This document shows positions 63,070 to 64,000 of a stretch of DNA of 64,000 nt, in pieces. Each line of letters opens with the position of its first letter. Positions within the stretch are counted from its first letter, which is position 1. The stretch covers positions 305,310-369,309 of the forward strand of contig CAJFCJ010000005.1 of NCBI GenBank assembly GCA_904063045.1. Direction: 5' to 3'. This DNA comes from Dimorphilus gyrociliatus (Eukaryota > Animalia > Annelida). The notes beneath the pieces are model-generated. The model was not told the origin of the DNA. It worked only from the letters and a program-made list of their open reading frames with translations, and made no database searches. The position numbers and the translations under genes were made by a program.

Positions 63070-64000
63070 CACGCTAAATGGATGTTTAATTCTGTTTACT
63101 AACAAAACCAGTAAAAATTCATTTTTGAAAAGAAAGTTCAATATCTCAATATAACTTTTTTATTTTTACTTGTTTGTTATTTAGTCTAAAACTCTTAAAA
63201 ATTAATAATTGACCATAGCAAACATAGATAAAATATAGGCCTAACCCTTTTTTTATTAATCCTAGACCACAAGATTAACAGGAAAGAAACAAACATGTAT
63301 CTTAGTAAAAGTATGGGATTCGCCCGAGTAACGTCAAATTTAACTTTTGAAATCGATTAAGATTTCTCTAAAATACTATAGGCCTAAGTCATAAATTATT
63401 GGTGAAAATATTTTGAGGTCAAAATGTATGAGAATTCTGAGAAAAAATCTATTAAATCTATTTTGCCTTTTAATAATTTGAATAGAATGTAGAAATCATT
63501 CATAAGCATAATCTTTTGGTTGAAAATCATTTAATACGGTTCCCATTGTCTAAATGGAAAATCAAGTATGCTCACTTTATATTGATCTATAGGTACCGTT
63601 ACCTTCAGAAAAAGCTTATCCTTGACTTAGGACTAGTTTACATGTTCGGCAAGTTTAATAGTGTTAGACCTTCTGATACGATATTCATAAAAACTTATCC
63701 TAGGTTTGTATATTAACTTTCCTCTAATGAGAAATGCCTGAAATATTAAGTGATATTTGAATTATATACCGTTTGTCTTTGTATCGGCTATGAAACTTTA
63801 AGGAAAAGCAGAGGAGATTTTATAAATATAACTAAATATAATTTCTTATTGTTATTATCTAAGTTATTTATCAGTTAGTTAAAAGAGTTCATTGATAATA
63901 GTTTTTAGTTTGTTAGCTTAGATTTCTCTTCTGTTTAGAAAGATTTTTCCTGAATTATTCTCATATTCTATGTAAGAAATATCCTAAATGAGATTTTATA

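Noticed and set aside
3531-63716. Numerous 60-105-aa ORFs opposite real exons (e.g. 3531, 4554, 5312, 8440, 8685, 12025, 12355, 20167, 22995, 27024, 27537, 29024, 29750, 30314, 32460, 36710, 42174, 54124, 55205) and in AT-rich gaps (56733, 62712, 63516)
   Set aside because: Antisense or alternate-frame shadows, or low-complexity chance ORFs. 62712-62897 merely overlaps the tRNA-Phe gene.

Overview
Very AT-rich, gene-dense eukaryotic (animal) DNA with many short GT-AG introns of about 54-70 nt. This is not prokaryotic, and no CRISPR array is visible. Gene content and intron size suggest a compact lophotrochozoan genome such as a miniature annelid (inference only). The window reads as an innate-immunity/pattern-recognition neighbourhood. 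It holds two death-fold/NACHT/LRR NLR genes, a catalytic PGRP with an N-terminal SH3b-like module, a CMPK2-like kinase, several secreted F-type-lectin-like/PAN/trefoil proteins and an LDLa-LRR GPCR (GRL101-like). Interleaved among these are five paralogous ZYG11/ZER1-like LRR proteins with BC-box/Cul2-box-like N-termini. Also present are an M14 carboxypeptidase, a BEL/Pao retrotransposon remnant and two tRNAs (Phe, Asp). The most striking items are: (i) an intronless ORF (11772-13025) whose motifs look like a bacterial YdcF/DUF218-like family, a horizontal-transfer candidate, sitting between two ZYG11-like genes; (ii) the dispersed ZYG11-like expansion inside the immune cluster; (iii) a secreted 9-aa-repeat xLPPSG propeptide; (iv) a strongly recurrent non-coding palindromic 11-mer, TATACWGTATA. 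Exon boundaries were read by eye, and gene ends marked approximate are uncertain. No database search was run.
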